64,000 nt of DNA, taken from Leptospiraceae bacterium (GTDB taxonomy: Bacteria; Spirochaetota; Leptospiria; Leptospirales; Leptonemataceae). Every line of letters starts with the position of its first letter. Within the stretch, counting starts at the first letter, position 1. The translations under genes and the position numbers were made by a program. The notes beneath the pieces were generated by a model. The model saw only the letters and a program-made list of their open reading frames with translations. It was not told where the DNA came from and made no database searches. This document shows positions 37,906 through 47,814 of this stretch, one piece after another. The stretch spans positions 64,001-128,000 of the forward strand of contig JAVJNR010000005.1 of assembly GCA_040217195.1 (NCBI GenBank), read 5' to 3'.

Positions 37906-40332
37906 CTAGAAATTCAGCCCGAACGTCAGTGGCGCAATGCCGTTCTCATGAACGTTGATCAGCCCAATCTGCATGCCGTTCAGGTCTTCCGCATAGTTGA
38001 ATAGACCCAGCATAAGTCCATCGGCTTCCTGCGCCATATTCCAGAGACCTACGGACAGGACATTGCCTCTATAACTGAGATTTATCATGCCCAGTTGTGC
38101 TGAATGTCCTCTCCAGGCTCCATTCACCAGGCCAATCTGAAATCCCGGTTCATCAGAAAAGTTAAGAAGTCCGGCCTGAACCCAGTTCTCCTCCGACCAG
38201 TTAAATACTCCAGCCTGCAGAACTCCGTGTTCTTGCTCATTGTTCACAAATGCCAGCTGGAACATAGAGTTATGACTTTCATTGTAGAACGCTGAAATCT
38301 GGGCGACGCTAATCAGCGATCCATCCAGACCGGAAGGATCGTAAAGAGCTAATTCTGGATTGAAATCCGAGTCGTTAGCCACATTTCGACCCAGGACCCG
38401 GTTGGAGCCCAGAGAAATCTGGAGCCAACTTCCCATATTCGCCTGGTTATATAATCCGCCTATCTGAATCGGTGCATAGGAGGTATTGTTCCATAACCCG
38501 GCCAGCTGAATCGCAGGAACAATGCGAGCCTGATTCATGAAGCCGGACAACTGCATTGCGCTATCCTGCATGTTGATGTTTACAAGGGGCGAAAACTGGC
38601 CCATAGGAGTTGTGAATTCAGCGAAGTTGCCCAGCCATCCGATTTGCAATGGCACTTCCCGAGATACATTCAGGCCACCAATCTGTGGAAATGAGGAGCT
38701 TTCCAATCGATTAACGACCAATCCCAGTTGCAATCCTTGAACGGAGCCTTCCGTCCATGAACCCAGGGAAATGGACAGGCCGGTTACGTCCCCTTCAGTA
38801 TAAGCCACAAGAGGATTTATGGAAAGGCCTCGAAAACTTCCTGTAGTTACAGCGGTCAGCCCTGCTTGAATCCCCTGAACATCTCCATTCACTACATGAC
38901 CGGCTCCCAGCTGAATGCCATTGATTGGACCGGAAAAATTTAGAAAGCCCACGTCCAGGCCATTGATATTCTTAGAGACTCCGTAGAATACATTCAATCG
39001 CAGCCCATGGACCGAGCTGTCTTCCACAAAGAGCTGCCCTGGCATATACAGGGCCAATTGAAAAGGAGTCCAGGATGTGTCGATGTAACCAGTCTTTCGC
39101 GGGCCATCGTGCCCGGAATGCATGTTAAAAATCAAAGTAAAAGGGATGGGAGCATTTCGAGCGATGTTAAATAGACCTATCTGAAACCCGTTTAAATTTT
39201 CCGCATCGTTCACAAGTCCGATGGACAATCCAGTTTGCAGTTCGCTACGATTAAAGACTCCTAACTGAATGCACTTTGATAGATTGGTGTTGTTCATTAA
39301 TCCCAGCTGAGTTCCAATCTGATCCCCGTTATTTAATAGAGAGAACTGCAAATCGGCGCTCTCGGACAGGTTGGAAAGGGAAGAAATTTGAACACTCCCT
39401 TTGCCGTTGACGTTAATCAAGCCTGCAAATTGAAATGTGGATTGATTGCTGTAATTACCGATTCCGGCGAGCTGCACCGGACTTATCTGGCTGCGGTTGC
39501 CCAAAACGCCAAGTTGAAGCCGGCTGTTCTCCGATAGATTGAATGCTCCAGGAAACTGCAAATCCACGTTCTTACCGGAGTTCCATCCCAGAGATGTTTG
39601 CAACCAGGTATCTTCGCTATGGGTGCCGAGACCTGATAGCTGAATAAACCCGGAATTGCTCTGCGAAAAAAGGCCGCTTAGCTGAAAATAGGATGCTTCA
39701 CTGACGTTAATTCCCCCGGCTATCTGCAAAAAGGAGTTCCCCTGATTCAGATTACCCAGACCGGCCAGCTGAATTCCGGGTCCTTCGTCCATATCATTGA
39801 CTCCCAGAGTAAACTGGCCCAGGTAAGCTCGATCCCCATGATTTAAAGCAAGTCCCACCATAGGTAGATAGGCTTCATCTGTAAAATTAAATAGCCCGAG
39901 CTGCCATCCGTATTGCTTATCGTTTCCGTTAGCTATGCCGATCTGAAGTCCCACCAGTCGATTGGTGAAATTAAAAAGACCGGCCTGTACTCCTGCATGC
40001 ACGTCGCTTAGATTGACGGCCCCCACGCCCAGTCCGGCGGAAATATCATCCACCTGGTTTATGAAACCAACGTCCAGGCCGTAAATGGAATCCACCTCTC
40101 CGTAAAACACATTGTATCGAAATCCAACTACTACAGTGTCTGGATCGAATAGTTGAAAGGGAGATAGTAGCGAAAACTGAAAGGGAGTGTAGTTCTTCGC
40201 ATGAAGGGATGGTAAGCCTGAAAGGAAAATTAGAGTCAAAACTGCAAGATACTTTGATCTCGATAAGAATTGGGCCAATGCTGTGGAAGCGAATGTGTTG
40301 CGAGAAATATGATTTTTGGTTTTGAATTTCAT
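37906..40332 (-). CDS. LA_2272/VC2662-like beta-helix repeat surface protein (two fused units)
   Basis: Many G.Q.G..N repeats; the N-cap 'TPFQ..L..P.QLF' and the C-cap 'Q.GL.N...N...P.T...N' each occur twice. Confidence 0.8.
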   Translation of the reverse strand: MKFKTKNHISRNTFASTALAQFLSRSKYLAVLTLIFLSGLPSLHAKNYTPFQFSLLSPFQLFDPDTVVVGFRYNVFYGEVDSIYGLDVGFINQVDDISAGLGVGAVNLSDVHAGVQAGLFNFTNRLVGLQIGIANGNDKQYGWQLGLFNFTDEAYLPMVGLALNHGDRAYLGQFTLGVNDMDEGPGIQLAGLGNLNQGNSFLQIAGGINVSEASYFQLSGLFSQSNSGFIQLSGLGTHSEDTWLQTSLGWNSGKNVDLQFPGAFNLSENSRLQLGVLGNRSQISPVQLAGIGNYSNQSTFQFAGLINVNGKGSVQISSLSNLSESADLQFSLLNNGDQIGTQLGLMNNTNLSKCIQLGVFNRSELQTGLSIGLVNDAENLNGFQIGLFNIARNAPIPFTLIFNMHSGHDGPRKTGYIDTSWTPFQLALYMPGQLFVEDSSVHGLRLNVFYGVSKNINGLDVGFLNFSGPINGIQLGAGHVVNGDVQGIQAGLTAVTTGSFRGLSINPLVAYTEGDVTGLSISLGSWTEGSVQGLQLGLVVNRLESSSFPQIGGLNVSREVPLQIGWLGNFAEFTTPMGQFSPLVNINMQDSAMQLSGFMNQARIVPAIQLAGLWNNTSYAPIQIGGLYNQANMGSWLQISLGSNRVLGRNVANDSDFNPELALYDPSGLDGSLISVAQISAFYNESHNSMFQLAFVNNEQEHGVLQAGVFNWSEENWVQAGLLNFSDEPGFQIGLVNGAWRGHSAQLGMINLSYRGNVLSVGLWNMAQEADGLMLGLFNYAEDLNGMQIGLINVHENGIAPLTFGLNF

Positions 40333-40488
40333 TTAGATTAAAGGTATTGTCAGCCAGGCCAGGCTTATTCAAGCTTGCCTGTTATGCCCGGCTAGAATCC
40401 AGTCTCTCTTTCATTCTTAGACGGAACCACAGAATACCTGTTCGACGGTACAGCCTTGACCGGTTCTGTGCCCGAAAAAAATTTAACC

Positions 40489-40779
40489 ATGTCTGGATTA
40501 CCCGGTTTCTCTGAATTCCATTCCTCTTACAAGGACATCCAGCATCCAGTTTTTGTTGCCGGAAATGGCCCTGCCATTATCCTGCTCCATGCAACCCCCC
40601 TCTATGATGACGATGGAGGTTGTTATCCAGCCACAAACTCGGAGGCTGAGTCTCTGGCCTATATTCGCTGCGTAAAGAATACCATAGCCGGAAGCTACGT
40701 TTTCCGATTTCTGGACTACGGATATCAGGGCGACGATTCAGTTAAGAATCTGGAGACTCAATCCTGCGTTGGTCTGTAG
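40489..40779 (+). pseudogene. Probable chimeric remnant starting with a dienelactone/alpha-beta hydrolase N-terminus
   Basis: MSGLPGFSEFHSSYKDIQHPVFVAGNGPAIILLH matches the start of such hydrolases, then the similarity stops; no nucleophile motif follows. Confidence 0.4.
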
Positions 40780-41368
40780 CCGGTTTCTCGGAATGCGGAT
40801 CAGTGGCGGCCCTTCCAGAACTGGTCACTGTGGAAAGGGATCCTTCCGAGGACCTGGAGGCGTAGTATAGTCGATGCCCGCCGTAAATCAGCGCAATCAG
40901 AGCCGCAGATCTCATTAATATATTAAAGATGATGCCAATACCTTCCGGATTGGAAAAAGTAGCTGCAGGTAAACCGATATCCAGCATCCCCATTAGCAGC
41001 AAAGATTTTAGCAATAGTGCAACTACAACAAGCCACACTTTCGGTTTCCAGATTACTGCTCCTGCCAGACCGGCCATAACAACCAGCTCCGCCATGTTTC
41101 CGGCCATCTCTGCATTCCAGATAGCCTCTCCGGAGCCGATGGCCAGAAGTAAAAAAATCATACCGGCCAGAACATGGGACCAGGTGAATGTAGTGTAGAA
41201 GACGAAATCCCGGCGCTTCGCATCTTTGATAGTTGCGAATTGAACAAAAAGAAATGCAATAAAGATGATTAGAGGGATGAAAAAAATCCAGCCAAGCCAG
41301 CGAGCCAACAAAAATCCCAGAACTGCACCAACAATACTTCCAATGGGATTTCCTTCCTTTTTTGCCAT
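40742..41368 (-). CDS. Hypothetical polytopic membrane protein
   Basis: Five to six hydrophobic segments; ATG 41368. Confidence 0.7.
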   Translation of the reverse strand: MAKKEGNPIGSIVGAVLGFLLARWLGWIFFIPLIIFIAFLFVQFATIKDAKRRDFVFYTTFTWSHVLAGMIFLLLAIGSGEAIWNAEMAGNMAELVVMAGLAGAVIWKPKVWLVVVALLLKSLLLMGMLDIGLPAATFSNPEGIGIIFNILMRSAALIALIYGGHRLYYASRSSEGSLSTVTSSGRAATDPHSEKPATDQRRIESPDS

Positions 41369-41508
41369 GAGCGCCTCTGACTTTCTATGGAATCCCACCG
41401 CTTACGATGTCAAATACATAAAGATGAAAGCTTGAACATCTCTGGTTATGAATCGATGAAAAAATTAACGAATTGTCTTTAGTACTGAGGTTAATCCGAG
41501 CGGGCCAT

Positions 41509-42807
41509 TCAGGCTTTGACCGGAATCGCCACAGAATCCAGGCGGCGAATTTCATTGTAAAAGGCTTTATTGGGCACCCGGCCCCGGCCTCCAATGGAAT
41601 ATTCGGGACGCAATGCATCCACAAAACACATCGCCACATCGCCTTTACCTTTCACAGGCACCTGGCCTCTTTCCGAAGTTACAAAGTAAGGAGACAGATA
41701 TTCAGCCAGAGGAGCTGAAAGATTAATATGATGTGGCTCGCTGGTTGCTTCCAGACGACTGGCCACATTGACTGTATCACCCCAGATATCAAATGTGAAG
41801 CGACTGTTACCCACCACTCCAGCTATGACCGGTCCTTGATGGATTCCAATTCTCAGATCCCAGTGAAGCTTGCCTTTTCGGCTGCGGCTCTTTTTATAAC
41901 GTCGGATAAACTCCATCATGCGAAGAGCACAAAGTGCGATCCGTAGAGGATCCGAAGGACGCTTCTGGAATAGACCCGAGGCGCACATATAGGCATCCCC
42001 TATAGTTTTGATCTTTTCGATCTTTAATCTTTCTGAGATTCGATCAAAATGAGAAAAGCAGTAATCCAGCTCAGAAAGTAATTCCTCGGGAGCCATCTTA
42101 TCTGCGATGCTTGCGAACTGAACCATATCTGCAAAAAGCACACAGCTATCTTCTATTAGTCCAGGAGCTACTCGGCCTGTAGCTTTTAGCTCATCGGCCA
42201 CAGGTACAGGCAGGATAGTATGAAGTAAATCGTCCGCCCGACGCAACGAATCCTTCAGGGCACGATCAAAGAACTGAAAACTTTCATAGCTGAGTACCTG
42301 ATTCTGAGCAAGCAACAGATCCCGGGCTCTGGCCGGCAGTCTTTCCTGGCTCAGGGCTCGCCTCATTTCAGCCAACATCATGGTTTCTCCACCAAGAATG
42401 GACTGATAGGTAAGATTCCGATTTCGATTCAAGGCCACGGTGAGAATATCATGCATCCGATGAATCATTCTATCCCGGCTGATCCTGGTTCCTTCTTTCA
42501 GGTGGTACAATCGTGCAAGGAATAGCTGATTATAGAGCTTAAATGTGGAATCGAAATAGTCTGTTCCCCATCGACTGCGCTCCCACCAGGAGCGAAACAA
42601 ATTCCGCCTGTGCACAGCAGGTTCATCCAGTCCGGGAAAAGCTTTCTTGAGCTCCTCAATCATTGCATTGGTGAGATCTCGAAAGGAAATGCCTTCATAT
42701 GTAATATGATTCAGTAAATGCTCCGACTTGGAAAGCTCGGCTTTCAGATGTACCAGGAAATACTCCGCCAGAAGCCGGCTGGTCTGCTCTCTAAGTGGTT
42801 GGGGCAC
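41509..42807 (-). CDS. Class III adenylate/guanylate cyclase (soluble, adenylyl-type specificity residues)
   Basis: LLHTILP, VLFADMVQF, EKIKTIGDAYM, RIGIHQGPVIAGVVG, FDIWGDTVNVASRLE. Confidence 0.92.
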   Translation of the reverse strand: MPQPLREQTSRLLAEYFLVHLKAELSKSEHLLNHITYEGISFRDLTNAMIEELKKAFPGLDEPAVHRRNLFRSWWERSRWGTDYFDSTFKLYNQLFLARLYHLKEGTRISRDRMIHRMHDILTVALNRNRNLTYQSILGGETMMLAEMRRALSQERLPARARDLLLAQNQVLSYESFQFFDRALKDSLRRADDLLHTILPVPVADELKATGRVAPGLIEDSCVLFADMVQFASIADKMAPEELLSELDYCFSHFDRISERLKIEKIKTIGDAYMCASGLFQKRPSDPLRIALCALRMMEFIRRYKKSRSRKGKLHWDLRIGIHQGPVIAGVVGNSRFTFDIWGDTVNVASRLEATSEPHHINLSAPLAEYLSPYFVTSERGQVPVKGKGDVAMCFVDALRPEYSIGGRGRVPNKAFYNEIRRLDSVAIPVKA

Positions 42808-42990
42808 AGGCCATTATCCGGCCAACAGGGTCAGCACTGCAAGGAAAACCGACGGGTCAGAATTGTCCCACAGAGCATGATTCAAGCGCCCCCGTGAACG
42901 GTAAACAAACTAGAAAAAGGCTGGCCTGGAGACTCCGGGTTGAATTCGCTGATCAGAGATATCCCAAGTGAGTATCTAACAGGAACATCC

Positions 42991-43305
42991 ATGCATATTG
43001 AAGTAAATACAGATCATAATATTGAAGCCAGTGATGGACTCACCAAGCACGTAGAAGAGGTAGTACAGAAAGCAATGAGTCACTTTGCTGGCCAGGTTAC
43101 CCGTGTGGAAGTGCACTTAAAGGATGAGAACGCTGGAAAATCCGGTGCTGCAGACAAACGCTGCGTAATGGAAGCAAGGATTGCCAATCATCAACCACTG
43201 GCCGCCACCCACGATGCAGATAACCTGCACGTTGCCATTGATGGTGCAGCCAGCAAAATCAAAAAAGCAGTTGAAAGCGCACTGGGAAAGATCGGCCGGA
43301 AGTAA
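42991..43305 (+). CDS. HPF/RaiA family ribosome-associated protein
   Basis: MHIEVNTD...VTRVEVHLKDENAGKSG..DKRC.MEAR. Confidence 0.88.
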   Translation: MHIEVNTDHNIEASDGLTKHVEEVVQKAMSHFAGQVTRVEVHLKDENAGKSGAADKRCVMEARIANHQPLAATHDADNLHVAIDGAASKIKKAVESALGKIGRK

Positions 43306-43377
43306 TCGATCATAAAGTATCACCGGCTGGCTGCCATAAGTACTACCTCTGGGCAGCGGCTGGTTGATCGGCGAAAA

Positions 43378-44061
43378 CTACTGGTTAGACCGATTCAGGC
43401 TGCCGGCAAATTCCAGGAGATGCTCAAGAGTTCCGTCGGTACGAATATCCTCTATGAACCTGCGAGCAACCAACCGGCTACTATTACCGTATACCTCGGG
43501 CGCCGCACCGTAATCCTCTGACTCCAGGAACAGAAAGCCCACCCAGTTCCAGCTTGAGATCCTGGGCCCACGGTATTCATATGTGGCTACCGGATTGTCG
43601 CCCGCTAATACCAGAATCCGGTGCTCCACTTCAACGGAACCGCTAAAAGTGGGAATGGTATAAAGGGTCAGACATCCAAGCATATTGCTAAATGCCATTA
43701 CGAGCTCCCCTCCATTCTCTGGCTCCACTTCGATGTCCAGACGGAAGGGAATATCGACTCTGTCTCCGATAAATACTGCATCCACCACTCCGCTTGACTC
43801 CAGTTCTGCGGCAATAGCTCGATCCATGGATATCAAGATCGCAGAATCCATTGCATTCGAGCGAATGCCCGCCGGGAGTCTGGTCCTGATTGCCAGGGAC
43901 GGAAGCATCGGACCGTTCCACCGCACAGTTTTCACTGAATCAGCCTCCAAACGGCTCCGGATGCAACCAGAACATTGAGCGAAAATGAATGCAATAACGA
44001 TCCATTTCACGATCTTTGCTGGAAAATATGGAAGGGATCTCCTGGGAATACTATTGATCAT
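43378..44061 (-). CDS. Hypothetical lipoprotein
   Basis: Hydrophobic core with CSG-C; internal 'LGCLTLYTIP' hydrophobic hairpin; GGAG RBS. Confidence 0.65.
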   Translation of the reverse strand: MINSIPRRSLPYFPAKIVKWIVIAFIFAQCSGCIRSRLEADSVKTVRWNGPMLPSLAIRTRLPAGIRSNAMDSAILISMDRAIAAELESSGVVDAVFIGDRVDIPFRLDIEVEPENGGELVMAFSNMLGCLTLYTIPTFSGSVEVEHRILVLAGDNPVATYEYRGPRISSWNWVGFLFLESEDYGAAPEVYGNSSRLVARRFIEDIRTDGTLEHLLEFAGSLNRSNQ

Positions 44062-44196
44062 TATCTGCTCTCCTAAAAATCTTTCCGCTAAAAACTCTGC
44101 TGCAGAGCGATTGTTGCGTAATCACTGTAATTTTGGAAGAAAAACCTGCTTTTCAAATTCATCCGGCGAAGCAAAATAGAGTCTTAAGGGGCTGCC

Positions 44197-44562
44197 ATGT
44201 TTGAAGTGAAGCGAATAGATAATCGTCTGGAGATCACCATGAGTGGCCGGCTGGATGCCGAAGGGATGAAGAATGCACTGGATGATCTGGAGCGAGAAGG
44301 AGCCCACATCCAGGAGGGAACTATGCTTTATGATGTGGTAGATTATCATCTACCGAATCTGGATGCAATCGTTCTGGAGTTTGCTCGACTACCTTCCATG
44401 CTCGGATTCATAGGCCGGTTTCGCAGGGCAGCTGTTTTGAGCGATCTGGATTGGTTGAAAACCATTAGCCAGGCGGAAGGATTAATGATTCCGGGAATTA
44501 CCATAAAAGGATTTAAGCGCGAAGAAAGGCAAGAAGCCCTGCAGTGGCTGGAAAAGGCCTGA
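44197..44562 (+). CDS. SpoIIAA-like (STAS/SEC14) domain protein
   Basis: SGRLD...FRRAAVLSD..WL...IKGF...ALQWL. Confidence 0.85.
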   Translation: MFEVKRIDNRLEITMSGRLDAEGMKNALDDLEREGAHIQEGTMLYDVVDYHLPNLDAIVLEFARLPSMLGFIGRFRRAAVLSDLDWLKTISQAEGLMIPGITIKGFKREERQEALQWLEKA

Positions 44563-44599
44563 TACTGAACGAAATGCCTTTCATTCGCGTCCAACTGTA

Positions 44600-45436
44600 A
44601 TGTCTCGCCCACTGAGCCTGCCACAGCCTAAACTGCTCCATTTCAGCCCGCCGCAGGATCTGTCGCCTTACGTCCGCAGATTATACCTGATCGAAGCACC
44701 CAATACAGGTATCGACCAGTTTGTGCCCGCATGGACCAGCACAATGATGGTGCTACAGTATTCTGACCCGGTATATTCCAGCATCAATGGAGACCATGAA
44801 ATCGTTCCGGACATTTGTTTTAGCGGAATGGTATCTAAAAAATATGGATTCTTCACTCCAGCCAGCATGATCAAACTAATGATTGTGGAGTTTACTTCCA
44901 TTGGATTCTATTCTCTTTTTCGTGAGCAGGCCCATAGGATCACTGATATCTCTGTAGATGGCACCGATATAATCCCTGCGCGAAAACAATCCACCATAGT
45001 TGAAGCTTTGCAGGAAACCGATGATGTCTGGCGAAAGGCCAATCTGGTCTTCGATTTTCTTCGCAGCTTTATTCCTTCGAAGATCCCGGGCAAATTGCAT
45101 AACGTTCAAAATGCACTGGCAATTATGGCAGAATCCAGCTTTGGCCTGGACGTTCGCACAGTGGCCGATGAACTGGCTGTATCCGAGCGCAACCTCCGAA
45201 GATCTTTCAAGGACATTGTGGGACTATCACCCAAGATGTTTGCTCGCATTGAACGATTTACAAAACTTTTCAATACTCAGCTTTCAGGACAGAAGATCCC
45301 CTGGAGGGCGCTGAAACAGAGATCTCTGTTCTTTGACCAGGCACATATGATTCGTGACTTCAGGTCCTTCACAGGCTACAGCCCTACTCAATTACCAGCA
45401 GAAAGTTTCTTTTTATATCATGTGCTTACCCGTTGA
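44600..45436 (+). CDS. AraC family transcriptional regulator (DUF6597-type N-terminus)
   Basis: PPQDLSPYV; SERNLRRSF...VGLSPK.FARI.RF; FFDQAHMIRDFR.FTG.SP. Confidence 0.9.
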   Translation: MSRPLSLPQPKLLHFSPPQDLSPYVRRLYLIEAPNTGIDQFVPAWTSTMMVLQYSDPVYSSINGDHEIVPDICFSGMVSKKYGFFTPASMIKLMIVEFTSIGFYSLFREQAHRITDISVDGTDIIPARKQSTIVEALQETDDVWRKANLVFDFLRSFIPSKIPGKLHNVQNALAIMAESSFGLDVRTVADELAVSERNLRRSFKDIVGLSPKMFARIERFTKLFNTQLSGQKIPWRALKQRSLFFDQAHMIRDFRSFTGYSPTQLPAESFFLYHVLTR

Positions 45437-45577
45437 TTGATGGAAGTTCGAGCAGGCGCCTCATAAATCTCTGAAAGACGATGCGGGGCTTTTTTACTGA
45501 ATCAGCGCAGGATATACTTTCTTCATCGGTCGGACCAAAAAGAGAAAGCTTAATGGTCCTATCAGACCGAACTAACC

Positions 45578-46108
45578 CTATCGTTTCCATTCGCTGATCA
45601 TCCGAAATACCCTGAGCGCAAATTCCCTGGACTCGGGATGAAATCCCAATCTCCTTCCGGGCTCCTTCGAAAGAAGCACATGATGGATAATTCCTCGCCG
45701 GGAATGGTAACGGAACATAAGAGTCCGCGAAAGGAAATGATCAAGAGCGGAATCAGAGCCTGTTGTATTGGAACCGGTTGTAAAGTCAGGATAATGATGC
45801 TGGGGAAAGATGGATATCCCCGAAGTCTGCTCGGCTATCATTTCCGAATAGACCAGGACTATTAAAAACTCATAGAGAGTTTCGTCTGTGGGCCCCTGCA
45901 CCACGAATGCACACTGGTAATCGGGAGTAGAATGAGTTCTGAGTTCCCGGGAAAGATAATCCTGGCCTGCCAGAGCCTGCGGCAACCAGATCTGCAAATT
46001 CGCGCATAGTCGCTTCTGCTCACTATTGGCACCACAGCCAATGCCAGACGCCAGAAGACAACACAGGACTGTCAGGCTGCAACCAAATCGGTACCCATTA
46101 GACCTCAT
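45578..46108 (-). CDS. Hypothetical (putative lipoprotein)
   Basis: ATG 46108 followed by a hydrophobic stretch and GIG-C; no recognised domain. Confidence 0.5.
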   Translation of the reverse strand: MRSNGYRFGCSLTVLCCLLASGIGCGANSEQKRLCANLQIWLPQALAGQDYLSRELRTHSTPDYQCAFVVQGPTDETLYEFLIVLVYSEMIAEQTSGISIFPQHHYPDFTTGSNTTGSDSALDHFLSRTLMFRYHSRRGIIHHVLLSKEPGRRLGFHPESREFALRVFRMISEWKR

Positions 46109-46252
46109 TGCCCCAACGACTCTTCTGAGCCCGGCGAAGGCGCGGTGCTTACAAGGCAAACCAGCGCCGCATCCACTGGATTACGATTCCTGGCATTACA
46201 AGAGCCATCCCTGCGCAGCCAGGTCATCATTCAGTAATTCTCCAGCAGGTCC

Positions 46253-47008
46253 TTACTTCAAATTCGGATGCGCTTCAAATAGAGGCTGGAACCTTTCATC
46301 CGCCGAATCTAGATTCGAATGCATCTGCACTTGATCGATGACTATCGTCAATATTCCCAGAACCGATCTGGTTTCGGCAACGGTCACTCCAGGCTCATGG
46401 GTTTTGTAACTATCAAATTCTGCATCCGCCCCTTCAATAGGTATAATGCTTACCCACATCTCCATAAGTTGAATCTGATTCTTCTCGTTCAGATGAAAGA
46501 CGTAAGTATCCCCCGGAGTTACTCCTCCACTACTAAAAGTGACGCGTAAAGTGGAGCCATCCACAGCATAGAGTTCTGTTCCCGGAGATTGAATATGGTA
46601 AGCTGGCTGCAGCCAGAAGGAATCGTTTACAAAATTACTGTTAGCTTCAGCAATAGCCTCCGCCAGCTCTTCACTCTGTAATGCTTCCCCATCTTTCCAG
46701 GCCACTCCCTGAAATGTATTCTTGGAGAATTGCACCTTTAGCTCGCCGTTATTAAATTCCACCAGCCCACGCTTCTTGTCCCAGAAGTAGCTATTCTTTT
46801 CGCGAAAGCGAAACTCTACAGCTTCTACTTTTTCATTCCAGGTTTTCAGATTGGCTGCACTGAGCATTTTCTGAGCCAGGGCATCCGCTGGATCTCCCTT
46901 CTCGCCTTCCGGTATGCTCTGGCAGGAGGCAACTACCAGAGCCAGGGCAATGGCGCCTGCCTTTGCGATGATGGATACCCCATCAAAATGTGAATCTTTC
47001 TTTTCCAT
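46253..47008 (-). CDS. Hypothetical lipoprotein (LolA-fold-like, DUF6503-like)
   Basis: Lipobox VAS-C; 'FVNDSFWL..P', 'GGVTPGDTY'; AAGGAG RBS. Confidence 0.7.
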   Translation of the reverse strand: MEKKDSHFDGVSIIAKAGAIALALVVASCQSIPEGEKGDPADALAQKMLSAANLKTWNEKVEAVEFRFREKNSYFWDKKRGLVEFNNGELKVQFSKNTFQGVAWKDGEALQSEELAEAIAEANSNFVNDSFWLQPAYHIQSPGTELYAVDGSTLRVTFSSGGVTPGDTYVFHLNEKNQIQLMEMWVSIIPIEGADAEFDSYKTHEPGVTVAETRSVLGILTIVIDQVQMHSNLDSADERFQPLFEAHPNLK

Positions 47009-47193
47009 GATTGCTCCTTGTTAATAGTTCCAGTTGTGATTCAGCAATCCGGTTGTGGCCCGAGTCCTGAATAAGCAGAAGGGAAACCATTAATCTGGCT
47101 TCCCTTCTCACTGGCCGTCCGGCTCTTATCTATATTTTGCATTCAACCAGTTGGCCTTGCCCCGTTACCGCTATGCTCAGCCACGGGCAAGGA

Positions 47194-47745
47194 TCAACCC
47201 TGTTCGGTTTCTCGAGAACTTCCGTCTTCGCAGATAACCTTTCGCTGCTCCAGAACGCATTCCTTCTGAGTCCCTTCCACAATTAGAATTCCTTTTCCAG
47301 AAGCTCCATCCTGGGCGAACTCGCCTTTGAAGATGGCTCCATCCTTCTTCCAGACGTATTCTCCCTGACCACCGCGAACCCCTTCCCGGAATTCTCCGTT
47401 GTAAACATCGCCATTGGCAAATGTATAGGTGCCTTCGCCTGTTCGCTTATCGGCAACATAGGGCCCTTTGTAGATATCGCCATTTTCGTACATCATGGCA
47501 CCGGAGCCGTCCCGAAGACCATTTTTGAATCCGCCAATGTATTTATCTCCGGTATTGTATACGTAGGTTCCGGTTCCGTTTACACAGTCCCCTTCGACAC
47601 AGCCAGTCAGGCCATCACCGCTGGTTCTTTCTGTAGGCGTGGGTGCCTCATCGGTGCTTTGTCCGGAGCTGCATTGCACAAGTAATAGCGCACCGCAGAG
47701 CAACGCCAGAGTGTAGATAGATGTACTGATTTTTCTTTTTATCAT
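47194..47745 (-). CDS. MORN-repeat lipoprotein
   Basis: Lipobox LVQ-C; GCVEGDCVNG cap; repeats GD.Y.G.F..G...G.G.Y. Confidence 0.88.
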   Translation of the reverse strand: MIKRKISTSIYTLALLCGALLLVQCSSGQSTDEAPTPTERTSGDGLTGCVEGDCVNGTGTYVYNTGDKYIGGFKNGLRDGSGAMMYENGDIYKGPYVADKRTGEGTYTFANGDVYNGEFREGVRGGQGEYVWKKDGAIFKGEFAQDGASGKGILIVEGTQKECVLEQRKVICEDGSSRETEQG

Positions 47746-47814
47746 AATTTCTGAATTCCTGGTCGCAGTATGTCCTTTACGGAGGCCCCATTCAACGCTT
47801 TTTTGGACACGGTT

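Noticed and set aside
37906..40332. Repetitive region as CRISPR array or DNA tandem repeat
   Set aside because: Repeats exist only at protein level (G.Q.G..N); there are no identical DNA repeats with spacers.
40400..46250. Genomic island or mobile element in the hypothetical-rich stretch
   Set aside because: No integrase, transposase, tRNA anchor, terminal repeats or obvious compositional shift visible.
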